Assembly: GCA_033551855.1 (NCBI GenBank)
Contig: JAWSUI010000009.1
Location: 25,334 to 89,333 of the forward strand
Origin: Deferrisomatales bacterium
Lineage (GTDB): Bacteria > Desulfobacterota > Deferrisomatia > Deferrisomatales > JACRMM01
Length of the DNA stretch: 64,000 nt
Reading direction: 5' to 3'
The notes beneath the pieces are model-generated. The model was not told the origin of the DNA. It ran no database searches and saw only the letters and a list, made by a program, of their open reading frames with translations. The position numbers and the translations under genes are program-made. Shown in pieces: positions 49,412 through 59,911 of the stretch (positions are counted from its first letter, which is position 1; the number at the start of each line of letters is the position of its first letter).

Positions 49412-49811
49412 CAGCATTGACGGCGGGCTGGGCGGCGCAGATACTCTCCATCCCCTCCGCCCGTGAGCGGTGCCCGCCGCGGGCCTCTCCCGGCGGAGAG
49501 CCGACGGCCGGCGAGTCCGCCGAGCCGCTTCGCGCCGGAGGCGGGCTCCTCCGCAGGACTTGCGGGCTACGGAAGGCCTCTCGTTCGACACATCACGCGG
49601 ATCCGTCGGCACGTGCACGGGCTGCGCTTCTTCTCGTTTTCGATCGTGGGCTCCGGGAGGGGAGAACCGCCTCGGCGAAGCGTCCGCCGGAGGTCGCCAC
49701 CGAAGACCAGGGCACGTTCGGCGACCGCGCCCTACCAGCCGACACCATCCAGTGAGGGGCCAGGACGACCCTCGGACCCTGCGGCCGAACCAAGCGGAAG
49801 GGAGGAAGGAC

Positions 49812-51290
49812 ATGCAGGAACCGACCCTGAGGCACTGGCACCGGGCCGTGGGGCTCGCACTCGGACCGCTGCTCCTCCTCCAAGCCGTCAGCGGGCTCTT
49901 TCTGAGCGTGGAGATCCTCTACGGCGCCCACGAGCGCGTGCACTCGCTGCTGGTGGGCCGGCGCATGCCCTCCGTCGCCCGCTTCTGGGATTTCCTCCTG
50001 GTCGAGATCCACTACGGGGGGATCCTCGGGCGGTGGTACCACTGGGGGCTCGGGTTCGGGCTGGCGTTCCTCGTCGCTTCCGGCAGCCTGATCTTCATCC
50101 GGTTGCGTGCACGGCTGCGGGCCAATGTCACCGGGACGGGCCGTTTGCGCCCCGCGGCCGCCGTGGCCGTCTCCGGCACCGCGGATGGAGCCGCCCAGCC
50201 GGCCACGAGTCTGGACAGGCTCTACTCCCTCCAATGGAAGGTCTATGCTCTGTTGGGAGCCGGGGCACTGGCGATCTTCCTCGCGGCCTCCTTCACCCAC
50301 TTCCGCGCCTACCGGCTCCTGAGTCTCAACGCGCCCCTGGTCGGCGCAGCGTCGGAGGTGAAGCTCGGCGGGGCGCTGGCACACCTCTGGTTCGAGGAGA
50401 TCATGGTCGGCGACCCCCACGAGACCCTGGATACCGTGTGGGAATCCCTGGACGCCGCCGACGGGTATGCCCGGGCGATGCAGCAAGGCGGGCTCACTCC
50501 CCGCGGCATCCTGCCCCCCCTGACCGACGCGCCGACCCTGAAGGAGCTGGCCGCCGTCCGGGGCAAGCTGGCCGAGCTCCGCGAGATCACCCGGGCTCGC
50601 CTGCGCGACCCAGCGGGCGCGGGACCCGGCAGCCCTCTCGACCAGCGACACGATGCGTTGTTCCTGGATTTTCTCGCCACAGCCGGGGCCTTCGACGCGG
50701 CGGTCCAGGCGGCCATCCGCAGGGACCTGGCGGCCTTTCGCAACAACCTGGCGGTGGTGGTGACGACGGGGCTGCTCCTGACGGCCGCGATCGGTTTCCT
50801 GGTCTTGCGACTCGAGCGCCAGCGGTCCCAGAGCGTACTCGCGATCGAAAGCGCTCGCGCCGAATGTGAGGACAGCCAGGCCGGCATGAGGGACCTCATC
50901 TCGGCCGTGTCCGACTCGGTGCTGTTGGTAGACCCCGAAGGGCGGATCGTGGAGGCCAATCGGAGCGCGTGTCGCTCCCTGGGGTACACGGAGGAAGAGC
51001 TGACCGGCTTGCCGGTAGGGCGCGTGGAGGCGGGGCTCGACGAGGACGACCTCGTGGAGCGCCTGCGACGCATCGAACCGGGTCATCCCGCACGCGTCGC
51101 AGGCCTGCACCGGCGCCGAGACGGGAGCACGTTTCCGGTGGAGTGGCACCTCGGTGCGTACGAACGCGCAGGTCAGCGGGTGGCCGTATGTCTGGCGAGA
51201 ACGCTCTCCGAACCATCGCCGGAACGCCGCCCGGCCTCTCCTCCGTCCCAATCCCCGGGCAGGAAGGACCGCTCCCGCTCCGATCCCTGA
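49812..51290 (+). CDS. Membrane sensor protein: PepSY-TM-like N-terminus, helical sensor, PAS; no output domain
   Basis: LRHWHRAVG..P.LLQAVSGL, EIHYG; AHLWFEEI; PAS motifs EANRSAC..LGYTEEEL and RRDGSTFPVE. Confidence 0.75.
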   Translation: MQEPTLRHWHRAVGLALGPLLLLQAVSGLFLSVEILYGAHERVHSLLVGRRMPSVARFWDFLLVEIHYGGILGRWYHWGLGFGLAFLVASGSLIFIRLRARLRANVTGTGRLRPAAAVAVSGTADGAAQPATSLDRLYSLQWKVYALLGAGALAIFLAASFTHFRAYRLLSLNAPLVGAASEVKLGGALAHLWFEEIMVGDPHETLDTVWESLDAADGYARAMQQGGLTPRGILPPLTDAPTLKELAAVRGKLAELREITRARLRDPAGAGPGSPLDQRHDALFLDFLATAGAFDAAVQAAIRRDLAAFRNNLAVVVTTGLLLTAAIGFLVLRLERQRSQSVLAIESARAECEDSQAGMRDLISAVSDSVLLVDPEGRIVEANRSACRSLGYTEEELTGLPVGRVEAGLDEDDLVERLRRIEPGHPARVAGLHRRRDGSTFPVEWHLGAYERAGQRVAVCLARTLSEPSPERRPASPPSQSPGRKDRSRSDP

Positions 51291-51292
51291 TC

Positions 51293-53107
51293 TCATCCCG
51301 CCTCGTCGAAGCACGCCGTGAAGAAGAAGGTGCTTCCCCGGCCGGAGCCGCTCTCCGCCCAGGCTCGGCCGCCCATCCGCTCTGCGAGGGCGGCGCAGAG
51401 CGCCAGCCCGAGACCCAGACCTTCGTAGGAGTGGGTGGCGGCGGGCTCGGCCTGCTCGAAGGCCCGAAAGAGCCTGTCTCGTTCCTCGGGCGCGATGCCC
51501 CGCCCGGTGTCGGCCACCTCGAAGCGAAGGCACCCCCGCTTCCCGTCTAGCCGGTCCCGCCGCACCGCGACCGTCACCTTCCCCTGTTCGGTGAACTTGA
51601 CGGCATTGTCGAGGAGGGCGCCGAGCGCCCGGCTCAGGCGAGCGGGATCCCCCCACAGGGAGTCCGGCACGTCCGCGGCCACCGACCACGAGAAGCCGAG
51701 GCCCTTCGCTCGAGCCAACTCCCCGTACGGGCGAAGGCTGGCCTCCAAGCTCTGCCTCACTCGAATCTCGGTCCGTTCCATCCGAAGGGTCCCCGCGCGC
51801 AGGCGGGAGAGGTCCAGAACGCCTTCCGCCAAGCGGACGAGGCGTTGCCCATTCGCTGCCAGCCGCTCCAGAGACCGCCGTTGGCCGGGGGTGAGCGGTC
51901 CCTCGGCCTCGTCGAGGAGCAGATCTGCGTACCCGAGAATGGCGTTGAGGGGCGTATGGAGCTCGTGGCTCGCAACCGCCATGAATCCGCTCGTCGCGCG
52001 CTGAGCCGCCTCCGCGGCCTGGGCGCGGACCTGGGCCGCCTCGTACTCGCGGCGGTCCGTGACGTCGAGGGCGACCCCCACCATCCGGGCCAGCCGGCCT
52101 TCCGGGTCGCGCCGGAGGCCCCCGCGCGCCGAGACCCACCGGACGTCTGCATCCCCATGGACGGTCCGGTACTCGACCTGGTAGTCCCCTCCCGTCCGCA
52201 GGCAGTCATCCACGGCCTCCAGGACGCGCTTTCGGTCCTCCGGGTGAATCGTGCCGACGAAGAGCTCATAGGAAACCGGCTCGTCCGGCGGAAAGCCCAG
52301 GATCGCTTTCGACCTCCGGTCCCAATGGAGCGACCCCTCCTGGATATCCCAGTCCCACGTCCCGATCTCGGCGGCCTCTACCGCCAGCCGGAGCCTCTCC
52401 CCCGAGACCTGCAGGGCCTCTTTCTCGGCCTCCAAGGCCTCGAACCCCCCTCGGACCCGGCGGACGAGGGGGCGGAAGATTAGGAGCGCCTCGGCCGCCA
52501 GGAGTCCAAGAACCGCCACGAGGAGCCCCCCCTGGATCGTACGGAGCCGACCGGCGCGCCGGCGCGCCTCCTGCTCGAAGCGGCCCACCAGGGCGTCCAT
52601 GCGGACGAGATAATCCGACGAGGCCTCGGCAGCCCGGGTGAGCTCGTCCCGGAGCTCGACCAGGGGTTGCCCGCCGGCGACACCGAGGGCCGCCCGGAGG
52701 GGCCGAGCCATTCTCTCGAAGGCTTCATCGACGGATTCGTACAGCGCCTGTGCCTGGGGGCTGTTTTGGGAGGGCTGTGCGGAAACCGCTCCGCCTCGGC
52801 CAAGGGCCTCGTGGACCTCGGACCATGACGAGAAATCCTTCGCCAGCTCGTCCAGCTCGGCTGACGCGGCGCCCGGTTCCGGGTGGAAAGAGATCTTCAA
52901 CGCGTCCTTTGCGATCTTCTGCGAGAGCATCCGCTGCCGGCCGGCTTGGTTGATGAGCGGCGCGTCGGCGTCGTACCGTCCCACGGCGTAGCCGGCCACG
53001 ACATACCCCAGCACGATCAGCGACGCGATCAAGCCGAGCGCGACCGCGTACCCAAGAATTATCGCCTGATGGAGCTTCGACGCCGTCCTCCCCGCGATCA
53101 AGCGCAT
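51293..53107 (-). CDS. Sensor histidine kinase with NarX/PilJ-like periplasmic domain and PAS
   Basis: INQAGRQRMLSQKIAK P-box; SHELHTPLNAILG; NAVKFT, DTGRGI, GLGLGL. Confidence 0.9.
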   Translation of the reverse strand: MRLIAGRTASKLHQAIILGYAVALGLIASLIVLGYVVAGYAVGRYDADAPLINQAGRQRMLSQKIAKDALKISFHPEPGAASAELDELAKDFSSWSEVHEALGRGGAVSAQPSQNSPQAQALYESVDEAFERMARPLRAALGVAGGQPLVELRDELTRAAEASSDYLVRMDALVGRFEQEARRRAGRLRTIQGGLLVAVLGLLAAEALLIFRPLVRRVRGGFEALEAEKEALQVSGERLRLAVEAAEIGTWDWDIQEGSLHWDRRSKAILGFPPDEPVSYELFVGTIHPEDRKRVLEAVDDCLRTGGDYQVEYRTVHGDADVRWVSARGGLRRDPEGRLARMVGVALDVTDRREYEAAQVRAQAAEAAQRATSGFMAVASHELHTPLNAILGYADLLLDEAEGPLTPGQRRSLERLAANGQRLVRLAEGVLDLSRLRAGTLRMERTEIRVRQSLEASLRPYGELARAKGLGFSWSVAADVPDSLWGDPARLSRALGALLDNAVKFTEQGKVTVAVRRDRLDGKRGCLRFEVADTGRGIAPEERDRLFRAFEQAEPAATHSYEGLGLGLALCAALAERMGGRAWAESGSGRGSTFFFTACFDEAG

Positions 53108-53546
53108 GACTCCCCCTTTCCCCCCCGCCTCTCGAGATCGAGGGAAGACACTTCCCCGGCCCCCGGCAGCCAACGGCTTGCTCCTCTCGGAACGCCGGCA
53201 GAGCACACCGTCCGGCGCCCGTTGCGCCCCCCGGATCATCGCTATGGCCTGGGCATGCGGCACCTCCCCTTCTGAGCGGGACCCCGGCCCCCTCGGCAAA
53301 ACGCCTGCCGTAATCACCATTCCCTACCATATTTGTCACGCCGCCGGGCAGTTCCTTACGCGACGTGGACCGGGCGCACACCCCCAGGGAACCGCGGCAA
53401 CCCTTCTTTCCCCGCCTGCTCTCCTTCGTCGCGGCAGCGTCGGCGTCGCTGGGGGCGGTCAGCGCGGGATTGAAGAGATCGCACGCACGGCGTGGTGCTT
53501 CTGCACCGTGTTCCGGCCAGTTCTCCATCTCTCGTGAAACGCGGTC

Positions 53547-54482
53547 TCACTTGATGATCTCGCCGAGACCATAGGCGTCCCACGTGCGGCCCCGGATTTC
53601 GACCGTCCCCCGGGCGATCCCCATGGCGAACCCCCCGATGATCCAGTTGGTGATCGTCTTCCGGTCCTCGAGCTCCAGTGAGAAGGTCAGCTCCCCTCCC
53701 TCGCCGGTCCAACGGCCCTCCCACGATCGGGGCCAGCGGTAGAACCCGAGCGCCGGCCGATGGCCGGTGACGTGGATCTCCGCGCCTTCCAACCGCAGGA
53801 TCGTCCCGTCCGCGACCGCGAACCCGTCCACCAGACCGGTGAGGCCCGCCAGCTTCTCGCTTCGCTGCCGGTGGAGGTAGAGGTCTCCGAGGTCGCCCGT
53901 GGCCGGGTCGCGGAGCAGCAGGTAGAGCCCGTGGAAGTCCCGCCAGAACCCGGGGTAGGTGCGGGCCAGGCGGTTCCAGTCCTCGAAGTGGATGTGCTCG
54001 TAGATGACCCGGCCCGGCAGCGTGCGCCCGGCCCAGACGAGTGTGGCCGACACAGAGCCCATCCAGTAGCGGTCCTGCCCGCGCTTGCGGTCGAGGTGGA
54101 CCGGGATGGCGTCGATCCGAAGGGAGAGGGAGTTCTCGGGGCTCTCGATTGTCATGCCAGACTCCGGCGTGCCCGAGAAGCGGAAGTGCTCCGAGTCCGT
54201 GAGACCCTCCAGGACCTGTCCCGTGTTGGGAAACGGGCCGCTTCCCCGGAGGCCGATCCAGCCTTGCCCCTCGGCGTGGAGCACCGCGAAGTGCTCCGCC
54301 TGGAACTCCCTGCCGTCCTGCCCACGGTTGGTGTCGAGGGCGAAGGCGACCCGCCCCTGCTCATCCTGCCCCACGAAGGAGAAGTAGTCGGAGTAGTAGG
54401 CGAGCCGGGCCCCGGCGAGGCTCGGGGCCGAGAGGATGACGAACAAGACGGCCTTGCGCAAGACCGGCGCTCTACCCGCCAT
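53547..54482 (-). CDS. Secreted hypothetical beta-rich protein
   Basis: Signal-like N-terminus; YYSDYFSFVG...YGLGEIIK; GGT-containing RBS upstream. Confidence 0.7.
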   Translation of the reverse strand: MAGRAPVLRKAVLFVILSAPSLAGARLAYYSDYFSFVGQDEQGRVAFALDTNRGQDGREFQAEHFAVLHAEGQGWIGLRGSGPFPNTGQVLEGLTDSEHFRFSGTPESGMTIESPENSLSLRIDAIPVHLDRKRGQDRYWMGSVSATLVWAGRTLPGRVIYEHIHFEDWNRLARTYPGFWRDFHGLYLLLRDPATGDLGDLYLHRQRSEKLAGLTGLVDGFAVADGTILRLEGAEIHVTGHRPALGFYRWPRSWEGRWTGEGGELTFSLELEDRKTITNWIIGGFAMGIARGTVEIRGRTWDAYGLGEIIK

Positions 54483-54805
54483 GGAACCACCTCGCCGTAA
54501 TTCGGGCGGAATCGTAGTCGCCCCCCGTCGAAGCGCCGCGCCTGGCTCCGGCAGGGGAAAGCGCTCCGCGGGGGCTGAAAACGGTTCCTCTCCCCTGGCA
54601 CGCCGGCCGGCTGCGGTGGTCGGCTCGGCTTTGCCGTTGCAGGAATCCGCCTTCCCACAGTGTAGCCGCCGGAAGCAATTTGGAAACATCACCCCTCGCA
54701 CCGAGGTGAGGTTCCGTTTGAGCCGTCCCGTTGGGGGGTGCTACGCCGCCTGTTGGGCGGCGCCGCGAGTCCCGGGCCCGGCGGCAGACCGACGAAGAGG
54801 AGCCC

Positions 54806-56108
54806 ATGACCGGTTTCCTGACCGCCGCGGAAGTGCTCGTGCTCGGCATCGCAACCCTGTTCACCCTTGGCTCCGTGATCTCCAGCGCCTGGGAGAAGGA
54901 GAAGAGGGCGGCCCGGATCGGAGGGACCATGTTCGCCGGTCTGCTGGCGGCCTGCCTTGTCGTCGCGGCGCTCGGAAGATCGGGTTTCTTCGAGGGCTCC
55001 GGGGGTTTCCTGCTCCTCTTCGCGATCCTCTGCGCGACGGTTGCGCCCATCCTTCTCCTCGCGAGGCGAACGGCCCCCAATCCTCGGGCCTCGGAGGGCA
55101 CCAAGGGCTACATCCGAGGGGATGTGAAGGGGTTCGACGAGCGCGACGAGGTCTTCGCGCGAAATCGGATGCTTCGGCCCGGCACGGAGCCTTACCGGCA
55201 CTTCTACGCGGAACACCCCGAGTGGGAGGAGTTCGACGCCCGGCGACGGGAGCGGGGCGGGCCGACCGGCATCCCGGGCACCATCGATCGGCCCCACGAG
55301 GGGCCGAACGTCGCGCTTGCGGCCGCCTCCCAACTCTACCCGATGCACCTCGGGAGGCCGGAGATCGTGAAGCCGAAGCCGCCTCCCCAACTTCAGGGCA
55401 AGCCGCTAACGCTCAGCCCCGAGGAAGCCACGGCACGGGTGAAGGGCTACGCCAGGCGCCTCGGCGCCGTCCTCGTAGGCATTGCCGAGGTGAACCCTCT
55501 ATGCGTGTATGCGAGGCGCGAAGAGATCTTCTACGACAACTGGGAGGACTGGGGGCAGGAGATCCGCCTGGAGCACCCCTATGCGATCCTGTTCGCCGTG
55601 GAGACGTCCCGGGAGCTGGTCTGGCCGTCGCGGCACACGCCGACCGGAATCGCCACCGGGGTCAAGTACGCGAGGGCGGCGTTCATCGCCACGCAACTCG
55701 CGGCCTTCCTCGCCAACCTCGGCTACGGCCAATCACCTGCGCCACCACGAGATCCTGCTCGTCCCCATGGCGGTGGACGCCGGTTTGGGGGAGATCTCCC
55801 GGATGGGGTACGTGATCACCAAGGAGTACGGGCCGAGGGTCCGGCTCGGAGGCGTGACGACCGATCTGCCGCTCGTGCCGGACCGCCCCGTGGACATCGG
55901 CGTCGAGGACTTCTGCACGATCTGCAAGAAGTGCGCGCGCTGCTGCCCGTCACGCTCGATCCCTCGCGACGAACCGAAGATGGTCAACGGGACACTGCTG
56001 ACCTTGACGCCGCACCCCCGCTGGGAAGACGCCCCCGCGGGCCGCGCTCCTGTCGAGGACAGGTTCGGTGCTCCGCCCGCTCACGTCCGGTTGAGGCGCC
56101 AGTCGTAG
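54806..56108 (+). pseudogene. Reductive dehalogenase/QueG-like 4Fe-4S membrane protein, frameshifted and truncated
   Basis: FDERDEVFAR...LANLGY; frame change near 55728 to ANHLRH..AVDAGLGEISRMG..YGPRVRLG.VTTDLPL...FCTICKKCARCCP; second cluster motif absent. Confidence 0.8.
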
Positions 56109-58768
56109 GGGTGGTACTCGGCCCGGAGACGGCCAGCGTGCGCCGCCAGGTAGTCCCGATCTTCGGGGTCGTACAAGTAGGGGGCCACGAATCGCAGGCG
56201 GTCGGCCTCGGTCGCCCCGAAGTCCTCCCCGTACCAGCGGAACACCTGCGGGAGCCACACGGCACCCCGCTCGCGGTCGATACGCACTCCGCCAGAGCTC
56301 AGGAAGGTCTTGCCCGACACCGCGAGGTCCTCGTCCAGGGTCTCGGCACGGTAGATCTCGATCGGTGGGCAGGAGGCGGAGGCGCATACCAGGGCGAAGT
56401 GAATGCGGGGATCGAGGGGCTCGACCACCTGGCCGTACCGGGGGTCCTCGGCGTCGAAGGGGCGGAGCAGCGAGTGGGGAAAGCGGCGGTTGCCCCTGAG
56501 GACCCCGTGCTCGATGTCGTCGGCGGTGAACTCCATCGCACCGATCCGGTAGGCGATGCGGCGGAAGAACCGGGGGACCTCCCGGACCGAGTCGCGGATC
56601 TCCAGCGCGATGACGCCGTGGACCACGAGGACGTTGAAGAGGTTGATCCAAAACGCCAGCCGCTCCTCCCGGCTGCCGAGCCGCGCCGGGTCGAAGCGCT
56701 GGAGGTCCCGGCTGCGCTCCTCGTACTCCCGGTAGACCTTCGAGGCGGCCATCTCCTCGTAGGCCACCCGGCCCTGCGCGGTGCGAAAGAAGGCGCCCCG
56801 GAGCACGTTCATCAGGTGCTTGAGATCGGCCGCGACGCGCTCCGCCGGAGCGTGGCCCAGGGGCTCGCCCTCGTTCAGGACGTAGCGCCGGGTGAGGAGG
56901 AGCTTCTGCCGGAGCGTGGCGGCCACGGGCTTCCGGGACGAGGTCCGCTCCCGCTCGCGCCGGGCCCGGCAGAGGGCGAAGACGCTGTTGACGTAGCCGA
57001 TGTGGGTGAAGGCCTGGGGGAAGTTGCCGAGGGGCTCGCGCCAGCCGGGGTCGTACTCCTCGGCGAAGAGCCCCAGGTGGTTGGCGGTGCCCTCGAGCCG
57101 CAGGAGGAGGATCTGCGCCTCGTCGAGACGGCCCTGGCCGATCAGGTTGTCCACGAGCCAGAAGGTGCACAGGAGAAAGGTGCCCTCGCCCCCGGAGAGC
57201 CCGTCTTCGGTGCGGTAGCGGTAGACGAAGCCGTCCTCGGCGAGCTCGCGCCGGATCGCTGCCACCGTCGAGACCATCTTCGGGTGGTCGTACGGGAGGA
57301 ACCCGTAGAAGGAGAGGAGGAGATTGCTCGCGTCCAGGGCGCCGGTGTCGTAGTGCTGGACGAAGGAGCCCTGCCGCTCGTCCCACCCCCGGGCCAGCAC
57401 CTCCCGGCGGATCTCGTCCCGCACCGCGGTCCAGCGGTCGAGGTCGGCCGGGAACCCGTACCGTCGGGCGATGGTAATCCCCCGGTCGAGGGCCACCCAG
57501 CACATCACCTTGGAGTAGACGAAGTGATGGGGCCCGCCGCGCACCTCCCAGATGCCGGAGTCCGGCTCCCGCCGTCCCGCGGCCGCGGCCTCGCAGACGT
57601 CCCTCAGGAACGGCCAGAGGCCGAAGTCGATCTTGCCCACGTAGTTCGAGAGGCGAAGCGCCGCGTCCATGACCTCGCCGTAGATGTCGAGCTGCCGCTG
57701 GCGGTAGGCCCCGTTGCCGATCCGCACCGGCCGGGACCCCTTGTACCCCTCCAGGTGCGGGAGCTCCTCCTCGTCGAGCACGGTCTCCCCCCGCAGCCCG
57801 TAGACGATCTGCAGCTCCCTCCCCTCCCCGCAGACGCACTGCTCCAGCCAGCGGAAGTAGGCCTCCATCTCCGCCAGGTGGCCCATGTTGAACAGCGCCT
57901 CGACGGTGAACGCCGAGTCGCGAAGCCAGGCGAAGCGGTAGTCCCAGTTGCGTCCGCCCCCGATCTCCTCGGGGAGCGAGGTGGTGGGCGCCGCGGCCAC
58001 GGCCCCGGTGGGCGCGAACTGGAGGAGCTTGAGGACCAGGCTGGAGCGCTCGATCATGCCCCGAAACGGCCCGAAGTCGAGATCCTGGCCGGTCTCGTTC
58101 TGGGCCAGCCAGTCGTGCCAGCGCCGCCGGGTCTCTTCCAGGGCGGCGTCGCCTTCCAAAGGAGTGAGGCCCGGCTCTGCCCCGTCGCCGTAGACGAGCC
58201 GAAGCCACACCTGCTCTCCGGCCCGGAGCCGCCAGGACGCCTCGGCCCGGTCGCCGGCCACCCGGAGCCCGTCCCGGTCCGCTACGAGCGCGAGCACGGA
58301 CCCGCCGGCCCGGGCTACCACGCCCTTCGGATAGGCGTCCATGGTTGGCACTGCCCGCCCGTAGTCGAAGCGGGGCGCGAAGTCGACTCGAATCGCCACC
58401 TCGCCCTCGGTGCACTCCACCAGGCGGAAGAGCTCCTGGCGTTCGCACTCGTCTCCGGGAACGTCGGCCGGCGGCAGCGGCATGAAGTCGGTCAGGCGCA
58501 GCCGGCCGGAGCGGGTGCGAAACCGGGTCACCAGGACGTTGGTGCCCGGCAGGTAGGCGGCGGTGGAATCCCAGTCCCCTTCGGGCGTCACCGCGAAACG
58601 GCCGCCCCGGTCCCGATCGAGCACTGCGGCAAAGACGCTCGGGGAGTCGAGGCTCGGCAGACACAGCCAGTCGATGCTGCCGTCGAGGCCCACCAGGGCC
58701 GCCGTCTGGGAGCTGCCGATCAGTCCGTAGTCGCCGATCTTCCGGTACATGGCTGTCGTGTCGTGCAT
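56081..58768 (-). CDS. GH15 (glucoamylase/trehalase-like) fused to C-terminal DUF547
   Basis: IDWLCLP..DSPSVF, TTSLPE..GG.RNWDYR, GNFPQAFTH; then LAFWINLFN, DIEHGVLR, DPRIHFALVCASASCP, YDWRLN. Confidence 0.9.
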   Translation of the reverse strand: MHDTTAMYRKIGDYGLIGSSQTAALVGLDGSIDWLCLPSLDSPSVFAAVLDRDRGGRFAVTPEGDWDSTAAYLPGTNVLVTRFRTRSGRLRLTDFMPLPPADVPGDECERQELFRLVECTEGEVAIRVDFAPRFDYGRAVPTMDAYPKGVVARAGGSVLALVADRDGLRVAGDRAEASWRLRAGEQVWLRLVYGDGAEPGLTPLEGDAALEETRRRWHDWLAQNETGQDLDFGPFRGMIERSSLVLKLLQFAPTGAVAAAPTTSLPEEIGGGRNWDYRFAWLRDSAFTVEALFNMGHLAEMEAYFRWLEQCVCGEGRELQIVYGLRGETVLDEEELPHLEGYKGSRPVRIGNGAYRQRQLDIYGEVMDAALRLSNYVGKIDFGLWPFLRDVCEAAAAGRREPDSGIWEVRGGPHHFVYSKVMCWVALDRGITIARRYGFPADLDRWTAVRDEIRREVLARGWDERQGSFVQHYDTGALDASNLLLSFYGFLPYDHPKMVSTVAAIRRELAEDGFVYRYRTEDGLSGGEGTFLLCTFWLVDNLIGQGRLDEAQILLLRLEGTANHLGLFAEEYDPGWREPLGNFPQAFTHIGYVNSVFALCRARRERERTSSRKPVAATLRQKLLLTRRYVLNEGEPLGHAPAERVAADLKHLMNVLRGAFFRTAQGRVAYEEMAASKVYREYEERSRDLQRFDPARLGSREERLAFWINLFNVLVVHGVIALEIRDSVREVPRFFRRIAYRIGAMEFTADDIEHGVLRGNRRFPHSLLRPFDAEDPRYGQVVEPLDPRIHFALVCASASCPPIEIYRAETLDEDLAVSGKTFLSSGGVRIDRERGAVWLPQVFRWYGEDFGATEADRLRFVAPYLYDPEDRDYLAAHAGRLRAEYHPYDWRLNRT

Positions 58769-58918
58769 TCCTTCCTGCCATCCGGCACATCCGTCCGCGC
58801 GGCATGAGAGCCGTCAAGCCGAAGCGCCGCGGGAAACCCAGCCTACCAGGTTTGCGGAAGGCCGCCCGCTCGAAGGACCACCGGGCCGGGGTCTTCACCC
58901 CGGCCCCCAAGGCCCTCC

Positions 58919-59756
58919 TCAGTCGTCGTCATCGTCGAAGAAGAACCTCCGGTCCCCGAAGAAGTCGTCCTCCTCGTCGTCGAAGAAGTCCTCGTCGAAG
59001 AAGAAGTCGTCATCGAAGAACGGGAACAGGAAGGGGTTGCCGAACGGCCCTCTCACGAACCGGCGGTCGCCCTCAGGGCGCCGGAAGTCGAAGCGCCGGT
59101 CGCCGAGGGGCCGGCTCGAGTCTGCGGGGCCCTTCCGGAAACTCAGTGGGTCAATCAAGGGTAAGAACGATCTCGCGCAGAGCCGCTGGGACGCGGAGGC
59201 ATTCTTTGTCTTTCCCTGCGCCTCTGCACCCCGGGTGAGATCAGACTGGTTCCTCCAGGCCGTTCCCTGCCCTGGCACCGGAACCTGCCGGTGAACACGC
59301 ATGCCACGCTGCGTCCATTCATGGATCATTGCGGCTTCGTAGACGGTCTCGAGAAGTCCGAGACCCAGCTCTCGATGGACGAGAACCGCTGCGCCTACGA
59401 TTTCTGTGCCGATCTCGCTTTCTTGCACAGGCGCGTCCTTCTTCGGACAAAGCGCTAACCTTCGCGCGGTGTCTCTGAGACGCAGAGGAGTCTTGGCTTG
59501 GTTCGTTCCCGGCGCCTCTGCGGCTCTGCGCGAGAACACGATGGTTCCTCGCACCCATAGAAAACCCGGAAGCTCCGTCTGCGGCGAGCTGGAGGACGCC
59601 GGTGGCGTCCGGCGAGGGCACCTCGGCCGCGAACCCTCCGAGGCCGCCTCCGAGCGCCGTGCCGCGGTACACATGGCCGACCGAGGCCGCGGCCGGGAAG
59701 GCCATCCCCAACGAGATCATCAAAGCCATCACGGCCCACTTCATCATGCTCCGCAT
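58919..59756 (-). pseudogene. Small secreted protein with Asp/Phe-rich tail, interrupted by an insertion
   Basis: N-terminal MRSMMKWAVMALMISLGMAFPAAA..ADGASGF (59756-59562); C-terminal RKGPADS...FFDDDFFFDEDFFDDEEDD (59141-58919). Confidence 0.55.
59142..59561. mobile_element. IR-bounded cassette carrying a GxxExxY protein fragment
   Basis: Perfect 16-bp IR TCTCGCGCAGAGCCGC at 59171-59186 and 59520-59535; minus strand EIVGAAVLVHRELGLGLLETVYEAAM..E...RGMRVHRQVPVP. Confidence 0.7.
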
Positions 59757-59911
59757 GGCTGCTCTCCCTTCTCCCCCCTTGACTGGTGCCGTCACTGGGA
59801 TAGTCGGCATCCGGCCCGATTCCTTTCGGGAGCCCCGGTACGGCGGCCAGGCCGGGGAGACGGACTCGTTTGAAACGGTCCTTTCGGGATAACAACGCCC
59901 GGAGAGCGTCT

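Noticed and set aside
54600..54720. Cobalamin or c-di-GMP riboswitch
   Set aside because: Only short partial motif matches (cactgtgggaagg, ggcaaagcc) without the supporting stems
54731..58807. 1358-aa plus-strand ORF
   Set aside because: Artefact of the frameshifted Fe-S gene running into the antisense strand of GH15-DUF547
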